Assembly (NCBI GenBank): GCA_963702135.1
Contig: OY969715.1
Location: 1,539,187 to 1,603,186, forward strand
DNA from: an uncultured Verrucomicrobiae bacterium
GTDB taxonomy: Bacteria > Verrucomicrobiota > Verrucomicrobiia > Chthoniobacterales > UBA10450
Reading direction: 5' to 3'
DNA: 64,000 nt
In this document: positions 8,047 through 17,641 of the stretch, piece by piece
Numbering within the stretch: the stretch's first letter is position 1
How the letters are laid out: every line of letters starts with the position of its first letter
Position numbers and translations under genes: made by a program
Notes under the pieces: model-generated
What the model was told of the DNA's origin: nothing
What the model saw: only the letters and a program-made list of their open reading frames with translations
Databases searched by the model: none

Positions 8047-8714
8047 GGAGCGGCGCGGTCGTAGACTTCCACCAGGCCCACGCCAGTGCCGCCGTTTGAT
8101 CCCGCAAGCAGCACTGTGTAAAGACCGGGCGGCTGCATCGTGGCTACGGCAGACTCGAGTGGGTTGCTAGGCGCAAGACCCCCCGTGGTCAGTTCGGCGG
8201 TTTGCATCGGATTATCCTGCCAATCGTTATTCGCGACCAGGAGCGCTCCGTCGCCATTGCGCAGTTCCAGAGTCGGATCCGTCAGCGCATCCGGCACGCC
8301 CGTCGCCGAAAGGCTGGGTCCGAGGCCGCGCACGACGATACTGTCCTGCCCGCTCGCCCCGCCGAGAATGAAGCCCGCGATGACAATATCGTTACTGGTT
8401 CCGACAAAAGCGCGCGTGCTAATATTCGCCAACTTTCCTTGGGCCGGGTCCAGATCGTAGATTTCCACCAAGGCGACTCCTGAGGTGTCGCCACTGCCCT
8501 TTACGACCGCGGTGTACGCGCCCGGAGCGAGGTTGGCGTAGATGGCCGATTCCAGATTATTCGCGGGAGCAATGCCAGTGCCCAGAATCGCGGTTTCCTG
8601 GGATGAGTTATCGCGCCAGTTATCGTTCGTGATCGTGCTGAATCCATCGGGGAAATGCAGTTCCATGACCGGGTCAGCCAACACATTGGGAACGCCGGGG
8701 CTCAACGAAGGCAT
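8043..8714 (-). pseudogene. 5'-truncated fragment of a secreted repeat-domain protein (two ANISTR...NDxW beta-sandwich-type units)
   Basis: Two tandem units (GVPNVLADPVMELHF...NDNWRDN...VALVEIYD and GVPDALTDPTLELRN...NNDWQDN...VGLVEVYD). The ORF begins mid-unit (PSLSPGVPN). Its stop overlaps the stop of the RAYT remnant. Confidence 0.55.
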
Positions 8715-8986
8715 TGGTGGAAGAGAGTCCCAATTCCGCGCTTTTCGCCTTTCGATACACGAACAACGCGCAAATCGATCTTCTCTGGCGGCGTAGCGGC
8801 CCTGGAATACAGCACGGTTCTGTAGCCATCGGGCCCGACGGCAAGGTCTATGCCGCGTCCGGATTTCTCCTCATTGAAGTCGATCCAAACACTGGGGCCA
8901 CCCTCCGGTCTGTCTCTGGCCCGTTCGATAGTTATCTAACCCCATCGATTCACCACGGCCGGAAAGAGAATCGGGTCGGTCTGTGA
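8714..8986 (+). pseudogene. possible beta-propeller (PQQ-like repeat) gene fragment
   Basis: The GSVAIGPDGKVYAASGFLLIEVDPNTGATL pattern is typical of PQQ-like propeller blades. Isolated 90-aa ORF in a region of gene debris. Confidence 0.3.
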
Positions 8987-9056
8987 ATTGTCCAACGTCC
9001 ACCCAAAGCTCGAACGGATGCTTGCTTTGCCTGACCTGAAGAGTTGAAATGCGGAC

Positions 9057-9995
9057 ATGAATGGGGAACAGCCCAAGATTGAGATTTTCGCGCCCTTTGG
9101 CGCAGCGTTCGAATTGATGAAGAGAATTCTCTTCCAGCCGTTCGATTTCACGAAATGGTGCTTGATCGGTTTCGCGGCGTTTCTGAGCGGCTCGTGGGGA
9201 ACTGGTCTTCGATTTCCGACGGGTGGAAACTGGGACTTCAAATCGACCACCTACAACCACGCGTCGATTTCCGAGTCGCTGCCGCCCTGGTTGCTCCCGT
9301 TCCTTTTCGTCATCGTCGCGGCGATCATCGTGATCGCTTTGGTCTTTGCCTGGATCTCCGCCCGCGGCCGCTTCATCTTCATGGATTGTGTCGTGAAGAA
9401 CCGCGGCGCGATCGCCGAGCCCTGGAAAGAGTACCGGCGCGAGGGCAACAGTTTCTTCCTGTTCTCCCTCGTGGTGATGCTGCTGGCCATGGTGATAATG
9501 GCGGCGCTGGTTTTGCTGATCCTGGTTCCGCTCGGAGTATTCTCGGGCGGCAAGATGACGAACGGACTCGGCCTTGCGGCGATCTGCGCTCTCATAATCC
9601 TCGGGCTGGTGTGGGTGTGTTTCGCGATCATCTTCGGAGTCGTGGTTCAATTCATGGTTCCGGTGATGTACCGCCGTCGCTGCCTGGCCCGGGAAGCATT
9701 CTTCGATGTCTGGAAGCTGATCCGGTCGCGGCCGGGACCGTTTGTTTTGTTCGTCCTGTTTGGGATCGTGCTCGCGCTGGCCTTGATTGTGGCCGGCACG
9801 ATTGTGTCCTGCATGACCTGTTGCATCGCGGGACTTCCCTACGTCAGCTCGGTGGTCCTTCTGCCCGCTTTCGTTTGGTTGCTCGGTTTCAAGCTGTTGT
9901 TCCTGCGCCAATTCGGGCCGGAATACGACGTCTGGGCTCCGGTGGAGACTCCAGCGCCGGCTCCGCCGGATCTGCTTCCACCGGCAACAGGATGA
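9057..9995 (+). CDS. multi-pass inner-membrane protein, unknown function (312 aa)
   Basis: ATG ORF with at least 5 long hydrophobic segments (LLPFLFVIVAAIIVIALVFAWI, FLFSLVVMLLAMVIMAALVLLILV, and others). Pro-rich C-terminal tail. Confidence 0.7.
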   Translation: MNGEQPKIEIFAPFGAAFELMKRILFQPFDFTKWCLIGFAAFLSGSWGTGLRFPTGGNWDFKSTTYNHASISESLPPWLLPFLFVIVAAIIVIALVFAWISARGRFIFMDCVVKNRGAIAEPWKEYRREGNSFFLFSLVVMLLAMVIMAALVLLILVPLGVFSGGKMTNGLGLAAICALIILGLVWVCFAIIFGVVVQFMVPVMYRRRCLAREAFFDVWKLIRSRPGPFVLFVLFGIVLALALIVAGTIVSCMTCCIAGLPYVSSVVLLPAFVWLLGFKLLFLRQFGPEYDVWAPVETPAPAPPDLLPPATG

Positions 9996-10016
9996 TTTGT
10001 TGCCGAGGAACGTTCG

Positions 10017-10583
10017 CTAGGGATGCGCGGCGGTCCCGTCTGAAGCTGGCCCCGAGCCGGTCCCTCTGTCGTCCGGCACTTCTTCAATCCGGACCCGCGC
10101 CGTCCCTTCGCTGATCATTCCGAGGTTTTCCGCCGCGGGTTTGCAGAGGTCGATAATGGCACCTCGTTTGGTAATGCCACGGTCGGTGATGCGGACGATC
10201 ACGCTTTTGCCGTTGGCCAGGTGAGTGACGCGGACCATCGATCCCAAGGGCAGATGATTATGGGCGGCAGTGAATTCGCCTCTTCCAGCCCGACGATTTG
10301 CGAGCGAGTCAACTGGGACACTATACCAAACAGCGTAGCCCTCCTGGCTGCGAGGCTTTTTCCCAGGCTCTTTTGCCGGCGACGAAGAGGGTTGCGCGTC
10401 TGCCAGGTTTTTTTGGTTCTTCGTTGGAGCGGGAAGGGGAGCGCGGTCACAGCTCGCGCACGCCAGCGCAAGAGCGCAGGCACCGGTGGCGGCGACGGCG
10501 CGAAATGAATCCAGGCCTCTCCGCCCGCGTCTGGCCGCGAGTTCACCGCGTCGGCCTCCGTCAAACGAACGCGCTGTAGGCAT
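10017..10583 (-). CDS. rlpA: septal ring lytic transglycosylase RlpA-family lipoprotein (DPBB domain)
   Basis: Lipobox-like ALACASC. DPBB core GYAVWYS...TAAHNHLPLGSMVRVTHLANGKSVIVRITDRG...IIDLCKPAAENLG. The annotated start overlaps the upstream kinase stop by 23 nt, so the true start is uncertain. Confidence 0.85.
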   Translation of the reverse strand: MPTARSFDGGRRGELAARRGRRGLDSFRAVAATGACALALACASCDRAPLPAPTKNQKNLADAQPSSSPAKEPGKKPRSQEGYAVWYSVPVDSLANRRAGRGEFTAAHNHLPLGSMVRVTHLANGKSVIVRITDRGITKRGAIIDLCKPAAENLGMISEGTARVRIEEVPDDRGTGSGPASDGTAAHP

Positions 10584-12756
10584 AGCTGCCTTCGTGGATC
10601 ACGCCGCGAATCTTGCGAGCCAGGGTCTGGGGCGTGAACGGTTTCTGGAGCAGTTCGAAGCGAGGATCGAGGACGCCCTGGTCTCCGAGGTCGTTATCTG
10701 AGTAGCCGGAAACATAGAGGACCTTCATGGCCGGCCGCGCGGGAGAAAGTTTGGCGGCCAATTCGGGTCCATTCATATGCGGCATGATAACGTCGGTGAC
10801 GAGGAGATGGATGGTGCCGTCGAAATTTCCCGCGGTTTCCAAGGCCTCCAGGCCATCGGCGGCGCAGAGCACGTTGTAACCCTGTTCCTCGAGGACGGCG
10901 CAAACCAGATCGCGAACGATCTCTTCGTCCTCTACCACCAGGACGGTTTCGAAATTATCCGACTTCTCTACCGGGGCCGAAGGTGTCCTGGTGTAGTCGA
11001 CCGGCCCGGTCACCAGCGGCAAATAAATCCGGAATGTGCTTCCCTTGCCTGGCTCGCTCTCCACGGAGATCCCGCCGCCAGTCTGCCGGACGATACCGTA
11101 AACTGTCGCGAGGCCCAGGCCGGTCCCCTTGCCGGGGCCTTTAGTGGTAAAAAATGGTTCGAAGATGTGGGCCTTGGTCTCTTCGTCCATGCCCGCTCCG
11201 GTATCGTTGACCGAAAGTTCCACGTAATCTCCGGCGACCAGCGACGCCGAGATCCGGGGGGCAGTCGTCTCATCGAGGCGAACGTTCGCGGTGCGAATAG
11301 TGAGCTCGCCGCCCTTTGGCATGGCGTCGCGTGCGTTCACCCCGAGATTCAGAACGACCTGCTCGATCTGGCTCGGATCGGCTTTGACGCGTCCGGCCTC
11401 GGCGTCCGGGTGAGTTTGCAAATCGAAACGCTCGCCGATGACCCGCCGCAGGAGTTTCTCCATGTCCGTGACCAGTTCATTGAGGTCGATGATCTTAGGC
11501 TGGAGAATTTGTTTGCGACTGAAGGCCAGGAGCTGCCGCGTGAGGCCGGCGGCTTGTTCTCCGGCTTTACGAATGAGGTCGGCGTTTTGTTTGGCGAGCG
11601 CGTTGCTGGTAGCTCGAGTCGAGATTAATTCCGCGTAACCGATGATGGCCGTGAGGAGGTTATTGAAATCGTGCGCAACCCCGCCGGCCAGCCGGCCGAC
11701 CGCCTCCATTTTTTGCGAATGCCGAAGCTCTTCCTCGCTCTTGCGCAACGCTTCCTCGGTCACGCGCCGCTCCTCCATTTCCCGGACCAGATTGTCGCGC
11801 TGCTCGAAGAACTTCCGGATCGTTCGCGCGAGCTCTGCGAACTCGGAGCGATCCCGTGCCATTCCCTCGATTGGTTTCGGATCGTTGCGCTTCAAGCTCT
11901 CCATGATATGGCGAAGCGGCCGGCTCACCCAGCTCACGAGCGAGGTGTAGATCAAGAGCAGAAGCACAAGAGCAAAAACGAAAACCAGGAGGATTAACCG
12001 CTCGCTCGAGCGGTTCAGCTGCTCTATCGCGGGCATCTCGTTGCGGATGATGAGCCGCGCGAGAGGCTTTCCATCCCAGCTGTGCAGCGGCCGGGAGAAG
12101 ACGATTAACCCATTCTCCTCGTCGCTGTGAATTTTTTGCGCCCGGGCTTCGTCGGTCAGAAGGCTAATCTTCGTGCCCGAAAACATCGACATTTCCTCCA
12201 GCTCCCGGTTATTCCACCAACGGCCGGCGAAGAAAAAACCGTGGCCCGGAGATTGGCGCTCTGAGTCCTTGGAGCCATGCACAGTCGCGCCCCGAACCTC
12301 CATGAGATCGTTCGCGATCCTCACAAAGAAATGGGCGAAAGGTTCCTTGGCGAACAGCGCCGCCAGAGCTTCGCGCGAGATCGGGAGGGGCGGAGGCGTC
12401 GTGTCGGTATTGTTGGTCGAGTGGACGAGCGTGCCGTCCGGATCGTACGTCCAGACCGCGTTTGCCTTGTAGCCCGCCAGAGTAGGGCCGTTCAAATTCT
12501 CCTTGAACCATTGCTCATCCTTCTTCTCGATGGCCTCCACCATCTGGTCGAGGTTGGTGTCATCCTCGGCCAGCGTCTTGAGTGGCTCGCCGTCCTTTTC
12601 GAGGAAGGCGTCGAAAGCCCGGTTGCGCTCATTGACGCGCTCGGCCGTGATGCTGCGAAACTTAGACTTATCGTAGATCCGAAAACCCCAGAGACCGCCC
12701 ATGAAGGTCGCGACAACCAGCACGATCAGAAGCGTGATCTTGGTTTGGACTTTCAT
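10561..12756 (-). CDS. hybrid sensor histidine kinase (TM, periplasmic sensor, TM, HisKA, HATPase, REC)
   Basis: H-box [19 protein letters not shown] boxes [37 protein letters not shown]-terminal receiver VLVVEDEE...[12 protein letters not shown]...KP. Confidence 0.9.
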   Translation of the reverse strand: MKVQTKITLLIVLVVATFMGGLWGFRIYDKSKFRSITAERVNERNRAFDAFLEKDGEPLKTLAEDDTNLDQMVEAIEKKDEQWFKENLNGPTLAGYKANAVWTYDPDGTLVHSTNNTDTTPPPLPISREALAALFAKEPFAHFFVRIANDLMEVRGATVHGSKDSERQSPGHGFFFAGRWWNNRELEEMSMFSGTKISLLTDEARAQKIHSDEENGLIVFSRPLHSWDGKPLARLIIRNEMPAIEQLNRSSERLILLVFVFALVLLLLIYTSLVSWVSRPLRHIMESLKRNDPKPIEGMARDRSEFAELARTIRKFFEQRDNLVREMEERRVTEEALRKSEEELRHSQKMEAVGRLAGGVAHDFNNLLTAIIGYAELISTRATSNALAKQNADLIRKAGEQAAGLTRQLLAFSRKQILQPKIIDLNELVTDMEKLLRRVIGERFDLQTHPDAEAGRVKADPSQIEQVVLNLGVNARDAMPKGGELTIRTANVRLDETTAPRISASLVAGDYVELSVNDTGAGMDEETKAHIFEPFFTTKGPGKGTGLGLATVYGIVRQTGGGISVESEPGKGSTFRIYLPLVTGPVDYTRTPSAPVEKSDNFETVLVVEDEEIVRDLVCAVLEEQGYNVLCAADGLEALETAGNFDGTIHLLVTDVIMPHMNGPELAAKLSPARPAMKVLYVSGYSDNDLGDQGVLDPRFELLQKPFTPQTLARKIRGVIHEGSYAYSAFV

Positions 12757-12835
12757 CGTAATCTTAATATTTCGGAGAGGGCCAAAGATCTGGGGATGGC
12801 AAGTCCGGGTTCATCAGACGGCCCCTGGCATCTGT

Positions 12836-13618
12836 TTATTCGCGCAAGCGTTGCTCGCGAATGGCAACAATTTTTAATACGTCGCCCTCCGCGCGGAGGG
12901 TCCACCAGTTCCTCGTGCGGCCCGAGGCGGCGTGACTCGTGTTTCGCACATCGTAGCTGATGAGAAATTCAACATTCGTTTCGCCTTCTCGGCCGGCAAA
13001 GAAACTTACCGGTTGGCTGAGGGTGTATTTGCGCTGCGGCCAGCGTTTCAGATAATTCCGCACATCCTTCAGGACGAATTCTTCGTCGACCGAACCATGA
13101 TCGAAATACAGGATTGGATAGGCGAAATACTTGAGCTGCGCGGTGACGTCATCGCTCTCGGCCTCGCGCAAATAATCCGTCACCAGTCTGGTCACTCGCT
13201 CCGGCGTTAGGTCTTGCCCCGGACCGGGCGCCTCGGCGGGTGGAAAGGGGGAGGGCGCGGAGTCTGCGTTTTCTTCCGCCGCCCGCTCCAAGGCGATGCG
13301 CTGCGGATCGGGTAACTCTCGAGCCGCATCGCTCCTCAGCACAGGCAGATCGGGCAAATTGACCGCGGAAACAGCAGTCGTTTGGATATGCAGCGAAGCG
13401 GCCGTCTCATTATCCACGGTTCCGCTCACGGCAAAGCCCTTTCGGGTTTGGTACCGCTTTAGCGCGCCAGACAATTCGGGGCTCTCCTGGCCGTCCACAT
13501 TGCCAAAATACAGGTTTCGCTTGCGCAGCTCTTCCTGAGCCTGGCGGATTTTTTCATCCGCTCGGAGCGTGGTCGTCACGGTCACGACAAGAGCCAAACA
13601 TACAATCGCACGCATCAT
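12836..13618 (-). CDS. secreted peptidoglycan-binding-domain protein with NTF2-like C-terminal domain
   Basis: Signal MMRAIVCLALVVTVTTTLRA. PG_binding_1-like LRKRNLYFGNVDGQESPELSGALKRYQTRKGFAVSGTVDNETAASL. Confidence 0.75.
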   Translation of the reverse strand: MMRAIVCLALVVTVTTTLRADEKIRQAQEELRKRNLYFGNVDGQESPELSGALKRYQTRKGFAVSGTVDNETAASLHIQTTAVSAVNLPDLPVLRSDAARELPDPQRIALERAAEENADSAPSPFPPAEAPGPGQDLTPERVTRLVTDYLREAESDDVTAQLKYFAYPILYFDHGSVDEEFVLKDVRNYLKRWPQRKYTLSQPVSFFAGREGETNVEFLISYDVRNTSHAASGRTRNWWTLRAEGDVLKIVAIREQRLRE

Positions 13619-13672
13619 TGGAAGAGACCTGATTGGGGGAGAACAGGTTAACAGTGATGGATCGTATGGAAT

Positions 13673-16075
13673 TTATAGATCGGTCGTATGCCAGAACTTC
13701 TGGAATGCCCCCGGCCAGCTGCGATCCAGCACGCTCTGACGTGCTTTTTCGCCCATGCGCGCCCGCATTTTTTGATCGCCCGCCAGAAGAGTGATCGCCC
13801 GTGCGACATCTTCCACGTCGCGGGCCTTGGTCACGAGGCCATTGACGCCATCCTCCACCAGCTCCTTCGGGCCGCCCACATCGGAGACGATCACCGGAAG
13901 CCCGGAGGCTTGCGCTTCGATCACCACGTTCCCGAACGTATCGGTCGTGCTCGGGAAAACGAAAATATCCGCTGACGCATAGGCGATCGCGAGCGGCTCG
14001 CCCGTGAGATATCCCAGGAAAACCGCATCGGGCAACGTTTCGGCCAAGGCTTCCGAGTACGGGCCATGCCCCACGAGGAACAGCTGCACGGGCTGGCCCG
14101 CGGCGCGGACCCTGTCGAAAGCCGCCGCCAGCACATCGAGATCTTTCTCGCGCGAGATGCGGCCGACATAGAGCAGGCGGACGCCGCTGCCGTTCGCTCC
14201 GAAACGCTGCCAGGAGGCTGGATCGCGCCGCGACGGCTGAAACAAGTCGGTATCGAGTCCACGGGGAAGGATCTTCAGTTTTTCCGGCGCAAATCCGCGG
14301 TCGATCCAGCATTTCCGGTACTGCTCCGAGTTTACATAGACCGTGTCGACCTGCCCGTAGAGCCACTGCATGTAGCTCCAGGCGAGGCTTTCCAGAAAAC
14401 GGTCGTCGGTCAAAATGCGGACGTACTCTGGAATGTCGGTGTGATAAATCCCGCTGGTTTGCAGGTTCAACATCTTGGCCGCGAGCAACCCGGTGAGACC
14501 AATCGGTCCGGGCGTGCTGATGATGATCTCGGTGAATTGTTCCCGCTGCACGTAATCGAGGATTTGCAGAATGGGTGGGAAACTCAGCCGTTGCAGCTCG
14601 TATTCCGGCAATTCGAATTCGCCGATCGGCCGGAAATTTTTGATCGGAATATCGTCGATCTTCAAGTCGCGGCGGGAGGTGATGACGATCAATTTTTCGC
14701 CAGCCGCCACGCCGGCCGCCGTCATTTTGCGAATCGTCGTGGCGACGCCGTTCACATCTTCGAGGGTGTCGGTAAACCAGGCCCGTTTCCGGTTTTGCAG
14801 CGCGGCCGGAATCGCTCCCGTCATCTGCCGGAAAACTTCGCGCAGCCAGCGGCGGGAGGGCGCCTGGCTATGAAAAGCGTAAATGTAGGGTGAGAGCAGA
14901 ACGATGATCGGCGCGATCCCGCTCAAGGCCTGCATGCTTTCGATCACGTTCCCGGTTCTGATCTGCTGCACGAATTTTTCGAAAAGGCGAAACGTGAGCT
15001 GCTCGCAAACCATGTTCGCCATCAGAAAAGTGCGGCGTTCGGGTTCGGTCACGCCTTCCATCTCTTTGGCCAGCTGCGCCTTCACTTTCGGCCGCGCGAA
15101 ATGTTTCGAGAGCCCTTTCCAAAGCGAAACGTTGGAGGGCTTGGCCAGCTCGAAGATTTTTCCCGACATCACTCCGTGGGCGACGAAGGTGGCTTTTTCG
15201 CGCAGCGTGAATTCGGTCGGGTCGCGCCCTTCCATGAAGCGGGAAAACATTGTCTCGAGCAGGGGAGCGCTCGGTCCGAGGCGTTCCGTAAAGCGGTCCT
15301 GGATAAAGGAGGAAACGGTGTTGTAGAAACCGTGGGACAGCGCCAGGGGAGTTCCCCCTTCGCCGCGCGGCGTGCAGGCGCCGGCGCGGACGTGTTGGAG
15401 GAATTCCTTCGCGGATCGCGCCCGGGGCGTCTCGGTGTAAGCGCTGGCCAGGAATTTCCCGCCGTGATCATCGGATCCGCCGGTAAAGACTTTCTTCCAC
15501 GGCTCGGCGTGGGTCGGCTGGAGGTCATGCCGGTTCGCCAGTTCCTCGATTTTTTGGGGCGTCAGGCCGGAGAACAATTCCTGGGCGAGAGAACTAAGGA
15601 GGGCGTCGCGCAGGCCATTGATGGCTTCGAAATTCTTGAAAAGGAGAATCAGCCGCTCGAGATGGGAGGCTTCGAGCTTGCCGTTAATGCTGTAAAGCGG
15701 GTGTGCCACCGCATGGCAGATGGCCGCTTTCTGAAGATAACTCTGGAGATCGTAAATGTTCTCGCGCAGAGCTGCGATCTCGGCGTGCTGCGCTTCGGAA
15801 ATTCCCCAAACCAGCAGATGTAGTTTGCACGGATCGTGAGGAAAATACGTAGTAACTTCCTCGCTGATAAAAGTATGCTTTTGATCGGCTATTTCCAAAC
15901 TGCCATCGATCGTATCGTGATCGGTGATCGTGACAAAATCCATCCCGCGTTTGCGCAGCAGCCGGTAGAGCTCTTGTGGATCGGTGCAACTGTCCGGAAA
16001 ATCGAACCGCCGAAAGAGCCATTCCTCAGACCGCGCGCTGCAGCGGGAGTGAATGTGGAGATCGCAAAGGCTCAT
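13673..16075 (-). CDS. PHP-domain / glycosyltransferase family 4 fusion protein (800 aa)
   Basis: N-terminal PHP motifs LCDLHIHSRCS and VTITDHDTIDG. C-terminal GT4 motifs FTDTLEDVNGVATTIRK and FVFPSTTDTFGNVVIEAQASGLPVIVSDVGGPKELVEDGVNG. Confidence 0.85.
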   Translation of the reverse strand: MSLCDLHIHSRCSARSEEWLFRRFDFPDSCTDPQELYRLLRKRGMDFVTITDHDTIDGSLEIADQKHTFISEEVTTYFPHDPCKLHLLVWGISEAQHAEIAALRENIYDLQSYLQKAAICHAVAHPLYSINGKLEASHLERLILLFKNFEAINGLRDALLSSLAQELFSGLTPQKIEELANRHDLQPTHAEPWKKVFTGGSDDHGGKFLASAYTETPRARSAKEFLQHVRAGACTPRGEGGTPLALSHGFYNTVSSFIQDRFTERLGPSAPLLETMFSRFMEGRDPTEFTLREKATFVAHGVMSGKIFELAKPSNVSLWKGLSKHFARPKVKAQLAKEMEGVTEPERRTFLMANMVCEQLTFRLFEKFVQQIRTGNVIESMQALSGIAPIIVLLSPYIYAFHSQAPSRRWLREVFRQMTGAIPAALQNRKRAWFTDTLEDVNGVATTIRKMTAAGVAAGEKLIVITSRRDLKIDDIPIKNFRPIGEFELPEYELQRLSFPPILQILDYVQREQFTEIIISTPGPIGLTGLLAAKMLNLQTSGIYHTDIPEYVRILTDDRFLESLAWSYMQWLYGQVDTVYVNSEQYRKCWIDRGFAPEKLKILPRGLDTDLFQPSRRDPASWQRFGANGSGVRLLYVGRISREKDLDVLAAAFDRVRAAGQPVQLFLVGHGPYSEALAETLPDAVFLGYLTGEPLAIAYASADIFVFPSTTDTFGNVVIEAQASGLPVIVSDVGGPKELVEDGVNGLVTKARDVEDVARAITLLAGDQKMRARMGEKARQSVLDRSWPGAFQKFWHTTDL

Positions 16076-16084
16076 GCGCGAAGG

Positions 16085-16864
16085 CTAAACGCCGCGGCGA
16101 GTCCGCCTGTCCGCGATCCAGTCCCGATAGGTCGTCGCGGTTCGGTTTTCGAGCAGGCGATCCGTTAACCGCAGGATCTGCTCCCAGATTTCAGGATGCT
16201 TCAGATCGGGCGGATGAATACTCACCCGGGCCAATGGCGCCCCGGCAAGTTGGTGAGCCAGCGCGCCGTTCCACACCATGCTGGCGACGCGACGCCAGCC
16301 GCTCCGTACACTATAGACGAGGGTGCGCGCCGGAAAATTATCGCCGAAACGCAAGTCGCGGATGCCGGTCAGACGGGTCGTGTATTCCATTTCCGCTTCC
16401 GCCGCGGCCCGCTCCGCGTCCGGGCCCAACAGCCAGGCGGGCGCAATAAAACCGCGCGGCGTCAATCCGGCGCCGGCAAACTCGCTCCGCGCCTGTGTGA
16501 TTCGGCGCAACGCTTCCTCGTAATCGAGATCATAAAACTCGCCTTCATCACTGGTATAAGTCCGGGTGAAGAATCTCTTTTGCAGGCTTTCGCCGTTGCG
16601 ACGCGGCCTCTGGTGAAAATAGCCGTGGATGACGATCTCGTGTCCCTGCGTTTCCAAATCCTGCAGCCAGCGCACAAAGCCACGGTCATCCGTGGACAAG
16701 CCGCGGTGGTGGTAATTCGGGACGACGAGGAGGGAGCACACCGGGACGTGATGGCGGGAAAGGTCCTTCAGAATTCTCTCCACGGCCACGCGGGTCATCG
16801 GCGCGACGTCGTGCACGGATACGATCAAAGAATCGCGCTCCGCGTCCGCCGAGAGCGCGAACAT
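16085..16864 (-). CDS. DUF2334-type polysaccharide deacetylase-like protein
   Basis: VSVHDVAPMT...LLVVPNYHH...IVIHGYFH...GFIAPAW pattern. The likely start is MFALSAD at 16864; the ORF is open up to 17038. Confidence 0.8.
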   Translation of the reverse strand: MFALSADAERDSLIVSVHDVAPMTRVAVERILKDLSRHHVPVCSLLVVPNYHHRGLSTDDRGFVRWLQDLETQGHEIVIHGYFHQRPRRNGESLQKRFFTRTYTSDEGEFYDLDYEEALRRITQARSEFAGAGLTPRGFIAPAWLLGPDAERAAAEAEMEYTTRLTGIRDLRFGDNFPARTLVYSVRSGWRRVASMVWNGALAHQLAGAPLARVSIHPPDLKHPEIWEQILRLTDRLLENRTATTYRDWIADRRTRRGV

Positions 16865-17039
16865 GGAGGGCAACGATGTCGCGGAGGCTCCGGTCACGCC
16901 GGATTTTCGATCCCAACCGGGATGCAAACAAGCCCAATCGCGTTTCGGGGTGGATCGAGCGCTCCGTCGCTCGATGATCGTCGCCCCGAAAGCTTTCGGG
17001 GCCATCATAAGCATCGCGCGACGGAGCGCGCGATCCACC

Positions 17040-17447
17040 TTAGCGCCCCATTCGAAGAATCTCCTGAAACTCCGCGCTCGTCAGCGGCTGGACCGACAAA
17101 CGCGAGCAACGCAGCAGGGTCATCTCCTTCAGGCGCGGATTGCGTTTGATCTCTTCGAGTTCCACGGGCCGGGGGAGAGCTTTCTCCGAGGCCAGGTCGA
17201 CCGCGCTCCAATCACCTTCGGTTGCGGTCGAATCGGGATACGCTTCGCGGGTTACGCGAGCGACTCCGACCACGGTCTTCTCCGTCACGCTGTGGTAATA
17301 AAGGACTGCGTCGCCCTTTTTCATCGCGCGCAGATTATTTCGGGCAGTGTAATTCCGGACGCCGGTCCAGGAGGTTTTGCCGTCCGCGACGAAGTCCGCC
17401 CATGAATAGGCGGACGGTTCCTGTTTCACGAGCCAGAATTTCTTCAT
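17040..17447 (-). CDS. EVE (PUA-like) domain protein
   Basis: MKKFWLVKQEPSAYSWADFVADGKTSWTGVRNYTARNNLRAMKKGDAVLYYHS is a typical EVE-domain N-terminus. Confidence 0.85.
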   Translation of the reverse strand: MKKFWLVKQEPSAYSWADFVADGKTSWTGVRNYTARNNLRAMKKGDAVLYYHSVTEKTVVGVARVTREAYPDSTATEGDWSAVDLASEKALPRPVELEEIKRNPRLKEMTLLRCSRLSVQPLTSAEFQEILRMGR

Positions 17448-17523
17448 CGCCGCTTAGTTAACTGAGTGTGCGTGATTCCACAACTGCACTTGGTCTGCGA
17501 TCGGGCACGTCTGGAAAGCAATT

Positions 17524-17587
17524 GTAGAGGCGCTTGTGCCAAGCGCCTGTCCGGCAAAACAGGCGCTTGGCACAAGCGCCTCTACAT
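17524..17587. repeat. nested perfect palindrome (28-bp arms, 8-nt spacer; each arm is itself a hairpin)
   Basis: TGTAGAGGCGCTTGTGCCAAGCGCCTGT ccggcaaa ACAGGCGCTTGGCACAAGCGCCTCTACA. The inner self-complementary core is AGGCGCTTG-nnn-CAAGCGCCT. Lies in the divergent EVE/tmk intergenic region. Confidence 0.9.
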
Positions 17588-17641
17588 CCATCATTTCGTC
17601 ACGATTCGACAATCGGGCTTCCGTGTTTCACACTCGCTCTG

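Noticed and set aside
17534-17641. N-terminal extensions given by the ORF track for tmk (17534), holB (18045), the DUF2334 gene (17038), the GAF kinases (26738, 59623) and the PAS kinase (33689).
   Set aside because: The extensions run through a palindrome or overlap the preceding gene and lack homology. Family-typical N-termini begin at the internal starts used in the feature list.
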